Below are positions 20,475 to 30,314 of a stretch of DNA of 64,000 bases, piece by piece (the stretch's first letter is position 1; every line of letters starts with the position of its first letter). The DNA lies in assembly GCA_963790475.1 (NCBI GenBank), contig CAWBOS010000012.1, positions 1,056,001-1,120,000 of the forward strand. The letters run 5' to 3'. Below the pieces are notes generated by a model. That model ran no database searches, had not been told where the DNA came from, and worked only from the letters and a program-made list of their open reading frames with translations. Source of the stretch: an uncultured delta proteobacterium. GTDB lineage: Bacteria; Desulfobacterota; RBG-13-43-22. Made by a program: the position numbers and the translations under genes.

Positions 20475-20816
20475 ATGGCATGGGAGATTGAATTTTACAA
20501 AGATGAAAAAGGGAATGTCCCGGTAGAAGGTTTTATTGAGAATCCTCCGCCTAAGGAAAAAGCAAAAATAATTTGGATAATCGATCTGCTGGAAGGGACA
20601 GGAATTAATCTTTCGGAACCTTATGCAAAGCATATTGAAGGATCCCTATGGGAATTAAAACCTCAACAAAACAGAATTATATATTTTCTTAATAAAGAGA
20701 CTTTTGTTCTCTTGCATGGATTCAGGAAAAAAAGTCAAAAACTACCTATTCATGAAAGAGAGACTGCCCTTCGAAGGATGGAAGATTACCTGAAAAGGAG
20801 GAGGGAAAATGACTAA
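20475..20816 (+). CDS. higB: RelE/HigB-type (Gp49-like) toxin
   Basis: WEIEFY...PVEGFI...PYAKHIEGSLWELK...RIIYF...LLHGFRKKSQKLP; toxin-first gene order. Confidence 0.85.
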   Translation: MAWEIEFYKDEKGNVPVEGFIENPPPKEKAKIIWIIDLLEGTGINLSEPYAKHIEGSLWELKPQQNRIIYFLNKETFVLLHGFRKKSQKLPIHERETALRRMEDYLKRRREND

Positions 20817-21099
20817 GTGGCATTCGATTAGAGGAAAATTACTGGAAGATCCACAAATTCGGGAAGAATATCATAAGCTGCCTTCGGTTCATATTGCTGC
20901 CCAGATTATTAACGCCCGAAAGTCAAAAGGATTAACGCAGGCTGATTTGGCAGGTCTTGTCGGGACAAGCCAGTCGGCTATAGTCCGGCTTGAAAAAGGA
21001 AACTATTTAGGATACTCACTCAAAACCTTGCAGAAAATCGCTAAGGCTTTGGATGCAACGGTTGAGATTAATTTTTGTCCCAAGACCCAGATTTCCTGA
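20809..21099 (+). CDS. higA: XRE-family HTH antitoxin
   Basis: ARKSKGLTQADLAGLVGTSQSAIVRLEKG; overlaps the toxin stop. Confidence 0.85.
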   Translation: MTKWHSIRGKLLEDPQIREEYHKLPSVHIAAQIINARKSKGLTQADLAGLVGTSQSAIVRLEKGNYLGYSLKTLQKIAKALDATVEINFCPKTQIS

Positions 21100-21168
21100 A
21101 AAATTCAGAAGGTCAGGAGCAGATCTATTTCCTTTGCATTCTGGTTTTTGTCTCTTTTTATGCGTAGG

Positions 21169-22770
21169 TTAGGTCACCAAAAAATCGACTTTATTATTGT
21201 GGGTCCAGTACCAGATAAGGTGGTTATCCTCTTGTCTAATCTTGACATACCCGGCATCGATGAAACTTCTAATGGTTTGATGAATCAGGTTACTATCGAA
21301 ACCCGTGGCTTCTGCAATCCGTTGACAAAGCGGATCAAAGATTTTTTCAGGATTACCATTTGGGGTATCCGTAAGGAAAGAGCCGCAGGCCTCTAAAAGG
21401 TCTTCCGAGAGCATCTTATAAACCAGCTTCATCCGGAAATGACCGGCCACCCTTAAGTCTTCCTCCGGGGTGTTCGTTTTATCATGGTACCGCTGAACCT
21501 GTTTTTCCCAGGCCCGGTTGATCTCTTCATCAAATTCGGCCACGAATTGATCGATGGCTTCCGGCGTCAAGGCCGAGGTCCGGACAATGGCGCTGTTGGC
21601 ATCATAACGGGACCAGTCCTCGGTCAGGATTTCCAGATCATATTCATCGATTTTTTCCCGGACCGTAGTCCCGGGAAAGGGGGCCAGAAAATGAAACCCG
21701 TAGAGGATATCGAGACTCTTGGAGAACTCCGAGGTGTCTTTTAAAGTTTCGGGTGTCTCTCCCGGGAGCCCCACCATAAAGGAGGCGTGGGCCAGGATTC
21801 CCGCTTCCTTACAGAGGGCCACGGCCTTTCGGGCCTGATCGAGCGTGATCCCCTTTCTGATCCGCTTCAACATCTCCTGATTTCCGGATTCGATTCCGAA
21901 ACTGATGCAGTCACAACCGGTCTCCCGCATCAGACGCAACGTTTCCTGGTCCACGGTGTTGACCCGCGAAAAGGCCGTCCAGGTCAGGGAAAGTTTCCGC
22001 CGGCGGATTTCTTCACAGACCTCATGCACTTTTTCCCGGTCGGAGGTAAACAGGTCATCGGCGATATTGATCCTGGTAAACCCGTAAGACAGGATCTGTT
22101 CGATTTCATCCACTACCAGAGACGCCTTTCTGGAGCGGGCCTTGCTGCCCACCATTTTTCTCCCCTGACAAAAAATGCAGGAATAGGGACAGCCCCGACC
22201 GGTGATCATGGAAACCGGAAAACCGAGGGCCTGATAGCGGGACATGGGCAGCAGGTGCCGGGCCGGCAGAGGCAGGCTGTTCAAATCGTTGATCAGCTCC
22301 CTCTTCCCGGTTTGAATGATCCGTCCGTTTTCCCGGTAGGCGATCCCCGGGATGTCTCCTCGATTTCCCTGACCCCGGAAATGATCCATCAATTCCACTA
22401 TGGTTTTTTCCCCTTCGCCGATGACCAGCAGGTCGATTTCCGGGTAGGCTTCGAGGGTATTGATCACATCGAAGGATACATGAGGACCGCCCATCAGGGT
22501 GATGAGGGAGGGATCGATTTTCTTGGCCGTTCGGACGATATCGGCAGCGGCTGTAAAATTCATGGTCACCGATGTGGACCCCAATACCTGGGGCTGGAAC
22601 TCGGCCAGTTCCCGCTCCAGCTTTTCAGGGGTATAGCGGGAAATAATATAGTCGATGATTTTGACTTCCGCTCCGGCCTGTTCGAAGGCCGACGCCACAT
22701 ACGATATCCCCAGGGGGGGTGAAGGGGCCTCTTCCAGAGGATAGGGGGGTGCAATAATGGCTACTCTCAC
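21169..22770 (-). CDS. Cobalamin-binding radical SAM enzyme
   Basis: PPLGISYVA and MGGPH B12-binding domain; GRGCPYSCIFC; likely GTG start at 22770. Confidence 0.9.
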   Translation of the reverse strand: MRVAIIAPPYPLEEAPSPPLGISYVASAFEQAGAEVKIIDYIISRYTPEKLERELAEFQPQVLGSTSVTMNFTAAADIVRTAKKIDPSLITLMGGPHVSFDVINTLEAYPEIDLLVIGEGEKTIVELMDHFRGQGNRGDIPGIAYRENGRIIQTGKRELINDLNSLPLPARHLLPMSRYQALGFPVSMITGRGCPYSCIFCQGRKMVGSKARSRKASLVVDEIEQILSYGFTRINIADDLFTSDREKVHEVCEEIRRRKLSLTWTAFSRVNTVDQETLRLMRETGCDCISFGIESGNQEMLKRIRKGITLDQARKAVALCKEAGILAHASFMVGLPGETPETLKDTSEFSKSLDILYGFHFLAPFPGTTVREKIDEYDLEILTEDWSRYDANSAIVRTSALTPEAIDQFVAEFDEEINRAWEKQVQRYHDKTNTPEEDLRVAGHFRMKLVYKMLSEDLLEACGSFLTDTPNGNPEKIFDPLCQRIAEATGFDSNLIHQTIRSFIDAGYVKIRQEDNHLIWYWTHNNKVDFLVT

Positions 22771-22775
22771 GGAGG

Positions 22776-23498
22776 TCAATCCCCTTTCAGCGGGAATACC
22801 AGGGACCTGAGCCATCCCAAAAGGGTATTGCCTTTGAGGTTATTTTTTTCATTTTCTTTCACTTCGGCGGTAAGCTGGGCGATGATTGAAAACCAGTCTT
22901 CCCGGGTCTGCATCGGTTTATCCGTATCCAATTGCTTCAGGACCACGGCCGGATTACCGCCGGCCACTACATTGGGCGGGATATCCTTGACGACCACCGC
23001 GCCGGCCCCGACAATACTGTTATCCCCGATGGTCACCCCTTTGCAGACAATGGTGCTGTCTCCCAGCCAGACATTGTTTCCGATCCTGACCGGGGATGAC
23101 TGCCCGACAAACATGCTCCGATCATAGAGGTCATGCCAATCGGCATCGGTGACATAGACGCGATTGGCCAGCATGCAATTGTCCCCGATGCTTATCTCTG
23201 TGGCGGCGCTGATGCGCACCCCGGCGCATATCAAACAGTACTTTCCTATTTGGATGTGTCCTTCTCCCTCCCGGTTGGACCAGACGGTTAACCGAACCTT
23301 GTTGTCCGAGGTGGCTATAATATTGGCATAGTCCCCCAGTGAAATAGGACCGCCGTTCACTTCCACACACCAGGGCTTCATGATGGTGGTGTTCTGCCCC
23401 AGGTCCTCAAACTGAGGGCGCAGGAAATGATGGACATACCATACTTCAAACCGGTGGCTGAGACGTTTGACGCTATAGGGACGATGATCTCTTTTCAA
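22776..23498 (-). CDS. Left-handed beta-helix (hexapeptide) acyltransferase
   Basis: IGDNCML, IGNNVWLG and VTIGDNSIVGAGAVVVKDIPPNVVAGGNPA motifs. Confidence 0.9.
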   Translation of the reverse strand: MKRDHRPYSVKRLSHRFEVWYVHHFLRPQFEDLGQNTTIMKPWCVEVNGGPISLGDYANIIATSDNKVRLTVWSNREGEGHIQIGKYCLICAGVRISAATEISIGDNCMLANRVYVTDADWHDLYDRSMFVGQSSPVRIGNNVWLGDSTIVCKGVTIGDNSIVGAGAVVVKDIPPNVVAGGNPAVVLKQLDTDKPMQTREDWFSIIAQLTAEVKENEKNNLKGNTLLGWLRSLVFPLKGD

Positions 23499-23533
23499 TT
23501 TATAACAGCCTTGTTTCCTGATGAAGTAATTAT

Positions 23534-23703
23534 TGATGGACTCGTAAAAATTCGCTCAAAACCGAGTCACGTCATTCCGGCCCCGCATCAAGTGCGGGAT
23601 AGACTCCAGCCGGAATCCATCCCGCCTTTGGCGGGACCGGTTTTCACCCCCGGATAAATACATTCCGGGGCAGGCTTGGTGACGACTTTTTACAAATCCA
23701 TCA
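23534..23703. repeat. Composite REP/MITE-like element inside the operon
   Basis: Outer IR tgatggactcgtaaaaa / tttttacaaatccatca enclosing gtcattccgg...ccggaatcca and nested hairpins. Confidence 0.7.
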
Positions 23704-23719
23704 TTGTTGAATTGGGTGA

Positions 23720-24814
23720 CTATTCCGACTGGTTTTTCTCGCGGGCCAGGGGAAGATTATTCGTGGTAACCGATTTTCCCTCTCTCAATGTTTCCCAGAA
23801 ACCGTGATTGAATATTCGACTGGCCGGTGTCATCTCATTCAAGGCGTCATAGGCGAGAAGCACGGCTGCGGCTGTCCAGGACGTTTTCTCCTCGGGCCAG
23901 ATGACCGTATCGGGAAAGGTAACGCCCATCCAATAGCATCCATCATCGAATTTCTTATCTCGTAACCAGTTGAAAACCGTTTCCGCTCGATCAAAATCAC
24001 CGACAGCCGCCAGGGTCAAGACTAATTCGGCCGTTTCGGCCATGGTCACCCAGGGGTGGTCGGAAACACAGCGAACGCCCCAATCCGGAACGGTAAATTT
24101 ATCCCAGAATTTATCAATCCTCCTTTTGGCTTCCAGGCCTGTGACCGCACCGCAAAGGACGGGATAATACCAATCCATCGAATAACGGGATTTGATCATA
24201 TTGAAACAGTCCGGTTTATTGCGGATGGCCTCCCCCAGCTTATCCAGGGCTTTTTCCCAGGACGGACGGCGTTTGCCCAAGAAGGAGGCGATGGCCAGGG
24301 CGCACTTGAGGCTCATAAAAATGGAACTGGAGCCGGTCAACAAAGCCATCGGATCGACCACCCCTTTCCCGTTTTTCGCCCAGTAAATCTCACCGGTGGG
24401 GGCCTGTAAACTGACGGCATAATTAATGCCGGCTTTTAGGGCCGGCCACATGTGCTCGAGAAAGGCTTTATCCCCGGTAATCAAATAATAATGAAAAACT
24501 CCGACGGCGATATAGGAGGACATGTTGGTTTCCCGGGTGGTATCCTCGGGGGTCCCGTTGCGTGTGGCTGACCACCAGCTCCCGTCTTTGAGTTGGGTCT
24601 TTGTCATCCAATCAAAAGCCAGGGCCGCCTCCTTCAAATAGCCGGACACACTGAGGCCCATGGCACTTTCCACGTGATCCCAGGGATCGGTTTTGCCCCC
24701 CTGGGACCAGGGAATTTCACCATCCGGTTTTTGTAAGTTCAGGATGAATTCCGCAGTAGAAGCGATATCAACGACCGGAAACCGGACTTTACGTGAAATG
24801 AGGGCTTCGGACAT
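23720..24814 (-). CDS. (alpha/alpha)6-barrel protein, usually annotated prenyltransferase/squalene-oxidase repeat (possibly glycosidase-like)
   Basis: LQKPDGEIPW and QLKDGSWW QW-like repeats; DPWDHVESAM, YSMDWYYPVL and PWVTMAETAE motifs. Confidence 0.75.
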   Translation of the reverse strand: MSEALISRKVRFPVVDIASTAEFILNLQKPDGEIPWSQGGKTDPWDHVESAMGLSVSGYLKEAALAFDWMTKTQLKDGSWWSATRNGTPEDTTRETNMSSYIAVGVFHYYLITGDKAFLEHMWPALKAGINYAVSLQAPTGEIYWAKNGKGVVDPMALLTGSSSIFMSLKCALAIASFLGKRRPSWEKALDKLGEAIRNKPDCFNMIKSRYSMDWYYPVLCGAVTGLEAKRRIDKFWDKFTVPDWGVRCVSDHPWVTMAETAELVLTLAAVGDFDRAETVFNWLRDKKFDDGCYWMGVTFPDTVIWPEEKTSWTAAAVLLAYDALNEMTPASRIFNHGFWETLREGKSVTTNNLPLAREKNQSE

Positions 24815-25526
24815 GTTCTTCCTTTCTTGAATAGAATACGATGCTTTTTCCTAAAAAGGGATTCAACAGATAATCCAGTAAACGGGTCAGCCGGGGTTTC
24901 TTCATCATGTCCCAGACCAGGAACCGATGGTACAGGTTGACCAGCGCGGAATCCTGGCGGTTGGGACCGATCATACATTTCAACCACCAGTAGGGGGTAT
25001 GGAGGCTGTGGGCGAAATGGGAGGCCCAGACTCGGGAGCCCGAACCTTCCATCAGGGTGATCAGTTCCTTTTTCTTATAAATGCGGATATGCCCGTTGGC
25101 GTTCTGGTGATAACTTTCGGACAAAGCCCAGCAGATACGTTCCGGCAAATACCTGGGAACGCTGACGACCAAGTCCCCCCCGGGCCTTAACACCCTGGTC
25201 ACTTCCTTTATGGCGGTGTGCTGGTCCGGGATATGTTCCAGCACTTCCGAACAAATTACCATGTCGAAAAAATTGTCGGGAAAAGGCAGGCCGGTGATAT
25301 CGGCTACCAGGGTGGCCCAAATCCCTCCTCCGTGCTCCCCCAATTCTTCCTGATTGAGAAGCCGGTTTCTGGCTTCCTTCACTTCATCAAAGTTGAAATC
25401 AGAACCGATGACCACCACTTTTTCGAGTCTCAAGGCCGCGCAGCTATGGCGACCGGATCCACAGCCGATATCCAGTATTTTATGACCCGTACCTATCGGT
25501 AGACGGTTAAAGTCAACGGTAATCAT
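24789..25526 (-). CDS. Class I SAM-dependent methyltransferase
   Basis: ILDIGCGSGRH, LPFPDNFFD and SEVLEHIP motifs; overlaps both neighbours. Confidence 0.9.
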   Translation of the reverse strand: MITVDFNRLPIGTGHKILDIGCGSGRHSCAALRLEKVVVIGSDFNFDEVKEARNRLLNQEELGEHGGGIWATLVADITGLPFPDNFFDMVICSEVLEHIPDQHTAIKEVTRVLRPGGDLVVSVPRYLPERICWALSESYHQNANGHIRIYKKKELITLMEGSGSRVWASHFAHSLHTPYWWLKCMIGPNRQDSALVNLYHRFLVWDMMKKPRLTRLLDYLLNPFLGKSIVFYSRKEEHVRSPHFT

Positions 25527-26763
25527 GGATGGTTTCCCGGTAAGCTTCCACCGTGGCCTGGGCCGCCTTTTTCCAGGTGAAGAATTGGTGAACCCGTTTA
25601 AAGCCGGCCTCGCCCAGGGCTTTTGCTTTCTCCGGATTATCGAGCAGCGCCTTTATGGCTTCGGCCAGGGCCCGGGAATCGGCTGAGGGTATGACCAGGC
25701 CGGCGTCTCCCACTACTTCCGGGAGGGCCCCGCCCGAGGTACTGATGACCGGTACCCCGCAGGCCATGGCCTCCCCCGCGGGAAGGCCGAAACCCTCGTA
25801 CAGCGAGGGGATCACCGCCAGGGACGCCCGGGCGTAACAGCGGACGAAACTTCCGTTGTCAATCCTGCCGGTGAAGGTAACCTGTCGCCCAAGGTCTAAT
25901 TCGCGGATGAGCTTGATGATCCGGCTGTCCTTTTTAGGTTCGCCCACCACCGTGAGTCTCACGGGGTGGGTTTTGGTAACTTCTTTCACCGCCTTTAATA
26001 AATAGTCCAGACCCTTTAAAGGCATATCAGCGCTGTTGGTGGCAATAAGATGATTTTTTTCCCTCTCTATTTCGGGGAGCGGATAAAAAAGGTCGGTGTT
26101 GATACCGTTGGGAACCACTTTGAATCTATGGCGGGGGATGTTGAATTCCCGGCTGATGTCATCCCCGGCACATTCGGAAACGGTGATGATTTTGGGAAGT
26201 TTTCGCGAGACCTTTATCTGCATCCCGATAAAGGAATACCACCTGACCTGTTTCAGCTTCTTCCAGGGAGAACGGGCGGCGGCAATGTCCAATTTGCGGT
26301 CTACGGTGATGGGATGATGGATGGTGGCAATGGTCGGGACTTCTTTCTGCATATTCAGAAGGCCGTAGAAAAGGCTCTGGTTGTCGTGAATAATGTCGTA
26401 CCGGTCATACTTGTCTTTCAGGAACTTTTGAGCCCGGAGACCGAAGGTATAGGGTTCGGGAAATCCCGCGGTGGAGACCCCGATCCATTCCAGCAGATTA
26501 ATGGGATCGCACAGTTCTCTTAAGGAAGGAAGCCTGAACAGGGCTTCAGGGTTATACAGATCAAGGGATGGGAGACGATAGACCTTGATATCCTCATCGA
26601 GGAGCGGGTCGGGCGGTCCGGATATCACCTCGACCTGATGGCCCAGGTCCTTGAGTGCCCTGCTCAAGTTTTTCAGATAGACCCCCTGTCCGCCGCAGTG
26701 CGGATTGCTCCGGTAACTTAACAGACATATTCTGAGAGGACCATTCTTCTTTTCGGGTTCCAT
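25513..26763 (-). CDS. Glycosyltransferase family 4 (GT-B, MshA-like)
   Basis: PHCGGQGVY and PSLYEGFGLPAGEAMACG motifs. Confidence 0.9.
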   Translation of the reverse strand: MEPEKKNGPLRICLLSYRSNPHCGGQGVYLKNLSRALKDLGHQVEVISGPPDPLLDEDIKVYRLPSLDLYNPEALFRLPSLRELCDPINLLEWIGVSTAGFPEPYTFGLRAQKFLKDKYDRYDIIHDNQSLFYGLLNMQKEVPTIATIHHPITVDRKLDIAAARSPWKKLKQVRWYSFIGMQIKVSRKLPKIITVSECAGDDISREFNIPRHRFKVVPNGINTDLFYPLPEIEREKNHLIATNSADMPLKGLDYLLKAVKEVTKTHPVRLTVVGEPKKDSRIIKLIRELDLGRQVTFTGRIDNGSFVRCYARASLAVIPSLYEGFGLPAGEAMACGVPVISTSGGALPEVVGDAGLVIPSADSRALAEAIKALLDNPEKAKALGEAGFKRVHQFFTWKKAAQATVEAYRETIHDYR

Positions 26764-27035
26764 AGACCTGGTCTTTGAAAGGATTAAGGATGGTTTGATT
26801 TATTTCCGAGCGCTCGTTCACTTTTTTTGAATTTCTACCATATTTAGGGTCGGGAAGTCAAGTCAAAAACCAATCAAAGATATTTGGGATTTCCCCGTTG
26901 CGAGTTAGGAGTTTCTGGAGAAAAGATTATACTTCTTAAATCGCAACCCGTAACCCGTAACCCGCAACAGGGTTTGCATTTGAGAAGAGTTCTCAGATCT
27001 ATTGTTAAAAGAAGCGATGTGCCGGGTTTGGGCCA

Positions 27036-28814
27036 TCATTCCTTCTTCAATTTCGGCCGTTCCAGCCCTTTAACGATCTGGGAACGGATCATCCGCGGCA
27101 GAATCATGTGATGATGGGGGCAGATGGATTTGGGATTCTGATAGGCGCTGCCGGTGAAGGCCACCAGGTAACGCCGAAGTTCCTCATAGCGGACCACTTC
27201 ATCGACGAAGCCTCTTTTGGCGCAGTAGACAGGCCGGGATTGTTCGTAATATTGTCGGGCCAGGGCATTCATTTTGTCAATCACCGGCTGCAACGGTTTG
27301 CCGCTGTCCTTTTCTTTGACCAGCCTTCGGGAAAAAGAGGCCACGGAAGCCGTCTCTCCATGCATGACATAGATCTCGGTCGTCGGGGTGCCCAAGGTAA
27401 AGGCATTATGGTTGTTGGCCGTCGGGCCGCCCATGATGTAATGGGCGGCGGCCGTGCCTTTTCTCAAAACCACCAGCATCATGGGCACGTCGGTCTGCTC
27501 GATGGAATAGATCAGGGATTGGCCCAGACCCAGCAGTTCGGCCTTCTCGGCCGTATCCCCCACATCGATCCCCGAAGTGTCCTGGAACCAGACGACCGGC
27601 ACCCGGTCCCGTCCGCATTGGGTGACGAATTCGTTCATCTTGATCAGACCCTGCCGATACAGTTTGCCGCCGATACCGATATATTCATTGGTATATTCCG
27701 GGTAATTCGCCCCGAGAAAACCCTGTCGGTTTCCAATGATTCCCACTAAAAACCCGTCTACCTTGACCAGACCGGTATAGACCTCCGGTCCAAAGCCGGG
27801 ACGAAACTCCAAGTGTTCGCTCCCGTCCACCAGACGGGCCAGGAAATTATCAAAGTCATAAACCGCTTTTTGGTTAAAGGCAATGATGGAGGGCAGATCC
27901 GAAAGGGGATATTTGGGCTCGGCCGGCTTGGCCACCCGGAAAAACCGGGGATGATAGGCCGGTATTTCGGACATATATTCCTTTAAGGCATCCAGGACCT
28001 GGGTTTCTTCATCAAACACGGCCCGGAAAAATCCGGTGGAATCGTAATGGATTTTGACACTGCCGGGAGGGACCTGTTTGAAGTGCCGGGTGGCCTCGAT
28101 AATCTGCTCGGCCCCCTCTTCATCAAAAGTCCCTTTGGGACTCATGCCGCTGACGATACCGCCTCCGCCGACAGCGATATTGCAATTTTTGTGGGCCAGC
28201 AGGATAGTGGGGCTGATCCCCTGATACCCGCCGCCGGCCGGGTTGGTCCCATATATCCCGGCCAGGACCGGGATGCCCAGTTTTTCCAGTTCGGCATGAC
28301 GGAAGAAGGTAGTGCCGTTTCCCCGGCGATCGGCATAAACCTCCTGTTGTTCGGTGAGTTTGACCCCGGAACAATTGACCAGCCAGACCAGGGGGATATG
28401 AAGGCGTTTGGACAGATCCGTTACCCGCAACTGGTTTTCCGCCTGCCCGGCTATCCAGGCCCCGGCCATGACCTTGTTATCAAAACCGATCAGGACGCAC
28501 CAGCGGCCGCTGATGCAGGCCAGACCGTCAATAACCCCGGTGGTCCCTTCTTCGTTATCTTTCGGATTATACAGGGTGTGAAGGGGGCAGAAGGTTCCCG
28601 GATCGACCAGATATTCAATCCGGTCCCAAACGGTCATCTCTTTTCGCTCGTGGATTTTTTCAGCCGGCAGTCCGGCCTTCTTGACCCGTTCGATCTCCGC
28701 TTCCACTTCTTTCACTACCGCCTCAATCTGTGCCCGGTTTTCAGTCATTTTCTCGATCTGAGCCGGTTTGACGGGTTTGCCTAAATCGTCCATCTTTTCA
28801 AAATACGGTCGCAT
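27036..28814 (-). CDS. gcdA: Glutaconyl-CoA decarboxylase alpha (carboxyltransferase) subunit
   Basis: Carboxyltransferase fold with VNCSGVKL, GTNPAGGGY, GKLYRQGL, QDTSGIDVG, GTAAAHY and CPHHHMILPR motifs typical of GcdA. Confidence 0.85.
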   Translation of the reverse strand: MRPYFEKMDDLGKPVKPAQIEKMTENRAQIEAVVKEVEAEIERVKKAGLPAEKIHERKEMTVWDRIEYLVDPGTFCPLHTLYNPKDNEEGTTGVIDGLACISGRWCVLIGFDNKVMAGAWIAGQAENQLRVTDLSKRLHIPLVWLVNCSGVKLTEQQEVYADRRGNGTTFFRHAELEKLGIPVLAGIYGTNPAGGGYQGISPTILLAHKNCNIAVGGGGIVSGMSPKGTFDEEGAEQIIEATRHFKQVPPGSVKIHYDSTGFFRAVFDEETQVLDALKEYMSEIPAYHPRFFRVAKPAEPKYPLSDLPSIIAFNQKAVYDFDNFLARLVDGSEHLEFRPGFGPEVYTGLVKVDGFLVGIIGNRQGFLGANYPEYTNEYIGIGGKLYRQGLIKMNEFVTQCGRDRVPVVWFQDTSGIDVGDTAEKAELLGLGQSLIYSIEQTDVPMMLVVLRKGTAAAHYIMGGPTANNHNAFTLGTPTTEIYVMHGETASVASFSRRLVKEKDSGKPLQPVIDKMNALARQYYEQSRPVYCAKRGFVDEVVRYEELRRYLVAFTGSAYQNPKSICPHHHMILPRMIRSQIVKGLERPKLKKE

Positions 28815-28953
28815 ATTTTTTCCTCCTTTATTATTCGGTCAAAGAAGTTCAGGGTTTCCGGTTTCGTAGCTATTGGGCTATTTCAAATTGAACACCATTT
28901 CTTAGACAGGATTTTCAGATATCTTTTTTGTAAGTCTTATGCCTTGCCGAGTT

Positions 28954-30108
28954 TTATTCCATGATGATATTTTTTGAAACGATCATACGCTGGATCTGGT
29001 TGCTTCCGTCAAAGATCTGGATCGCCTTGGCATCACGCATCATCCGCTCCACTGGCGATCCCTTTAAATACCCGGCTCCTCCGAAAATCTGGACGGCATC
29101 AATGGTCACCCGCATGGCCATGTCTGAGGCATAGCATTTACACATGGAAACCAATGTTTCAATGTCGCGGAAGGTGCCCTCCCGGTTATCAATCATCGAA
29201 GCCGTTCTGAAAATCAAAGATTTAGCGGCTTCAATGGCCATCTTCATGTCGGCCAGCATAAAACCTATGGCCTGAAAGGAGGCGATCAGCCGTTTGAACT
29301 GGGACCGTTTTTTTGCAAAAGACAGGGCCGCTTCATAAGCCCCTTCGGCAATACCCAGAGACATGGAAGCCGCGCCCCAGACCCGCATGATATTGGCATG
29401 ATGGGATAAGATCGTCCACCCTTCGCCCGGCTGAAGGAGCAGATTTTCCTTGGGGACCCGGGCATTCTGAAAAATCATCTCCGAAGTCACCGATCCCCCC
29501 AATCCCATTTTCCTTTCTTTTTTCCCGAAGGACAACCCGGGGGTTTCCCTGGGGACGATCAGGGCACTGATGCCCGCCGTTCGTTTTCCAGGTCCGGTTC
29601 GGACAAAGACCAGGTAATAATGGGCATGAGGTCCTAAAGTAATAAATGTTTTTGTTCCATTGACCAGGTAGTCGTTCCCCTCCAGGACCGCCCTGGTTTG
29701 TAGAGAGCCGGCATCGGAACCATGATTCGGTTCTGTCAGACAAAATCCGCACAGTTTGTCACCCTGGACCATATCGGGAAAAAAAAGTTCCTGTTGATCC
29801 CTGGTTCCTACCTCTCGGATGATCCTAATGACCGCCTGGGTAGGAAAAACCAATAAGGCTGAAGCCGGAGAGGCCTTCGAGATTTCTTCAATGGCCAGGC
29901 ACAGTGTTGTGGCATCCGCTTCCTGCCCATTATACCTGATCGGCAGGGAAAGTCTTAATAAACCGGCCTTGATAAAGGCTTCATAACTGGTCTGGGGAAA
30001 TTCATCCCGGGCATCAATCTCCACCGCATGGGGCACAATCTCAGAGGCCACCAGGGCCTGCACCTTTTTCTGAATCTCCTTTTGAGCGGGATTGAGATGG
30101 AGGAACAT
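28954..30108 (-). CDS. Acyl-CoA dehydrogenase
   Basis: FCLTEPNHGSD, QIFGGAGY and IFDGSNQIQR motifs. Confidence 0.9.
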   Translation of the reverse strand: MFLHLNPAQKEIQKKVQALVASEIVPHAVEIDARDEFPQTSYEAFIKAGLLRLSLPIRYNGQEADATTLCLAIEEISKASPASALLVFPTQAVIRIIREVGTRDQQELFFPDMVQGDKLCGFCLTEPNHGSDAGSLQTRAVLEGNDYLVNGTKTFITLGPHAHYYLVFVRTGPGKRTAGISALIVPRETPGLSFGKKERKMGLGGSVTSEMIFQNARVPKENLLLQPGEGWTILSHHANIMRVWGAASMSLGIAEGAYEAALSFAKKRSQFKRLIASFQAIGFMLADMKMAIEAAKSLIFRTASMIDNREGTFRDIETLVSMCKCYASDMAMRVTIDAVQIFGGAGYLKGSPVERMMRDAKAIQIFDGSNQIQRMIVSKNIIME

Positions 30109-30314
30109 CAGTTTGCGGCCTGCCTTTCTTTTCGCTTTAGAAATTCCGGATGATAGCGGTCTGAACAAAACAAATGGGACGGGACAACTATCATAAATAT
30201 TCGGCCTGTTTGTCAATATCTTTTTGCCCGCTTCTTTTTATTTGACTTGGCTGCGATTCATTTTCTATGATGGAGGGAAATGGAAATAAGGAGTATTGGA
30301 GTAATGGTGGGGGG

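Noticed and set aside
21787-22722. 311-aa plus-strand ORF, and similar long antisense ORFs (27108, 28047, 36393, 60407)
   Set aside because: Shadows of well-supported genes on the opposite strand, with no recognisable motifs
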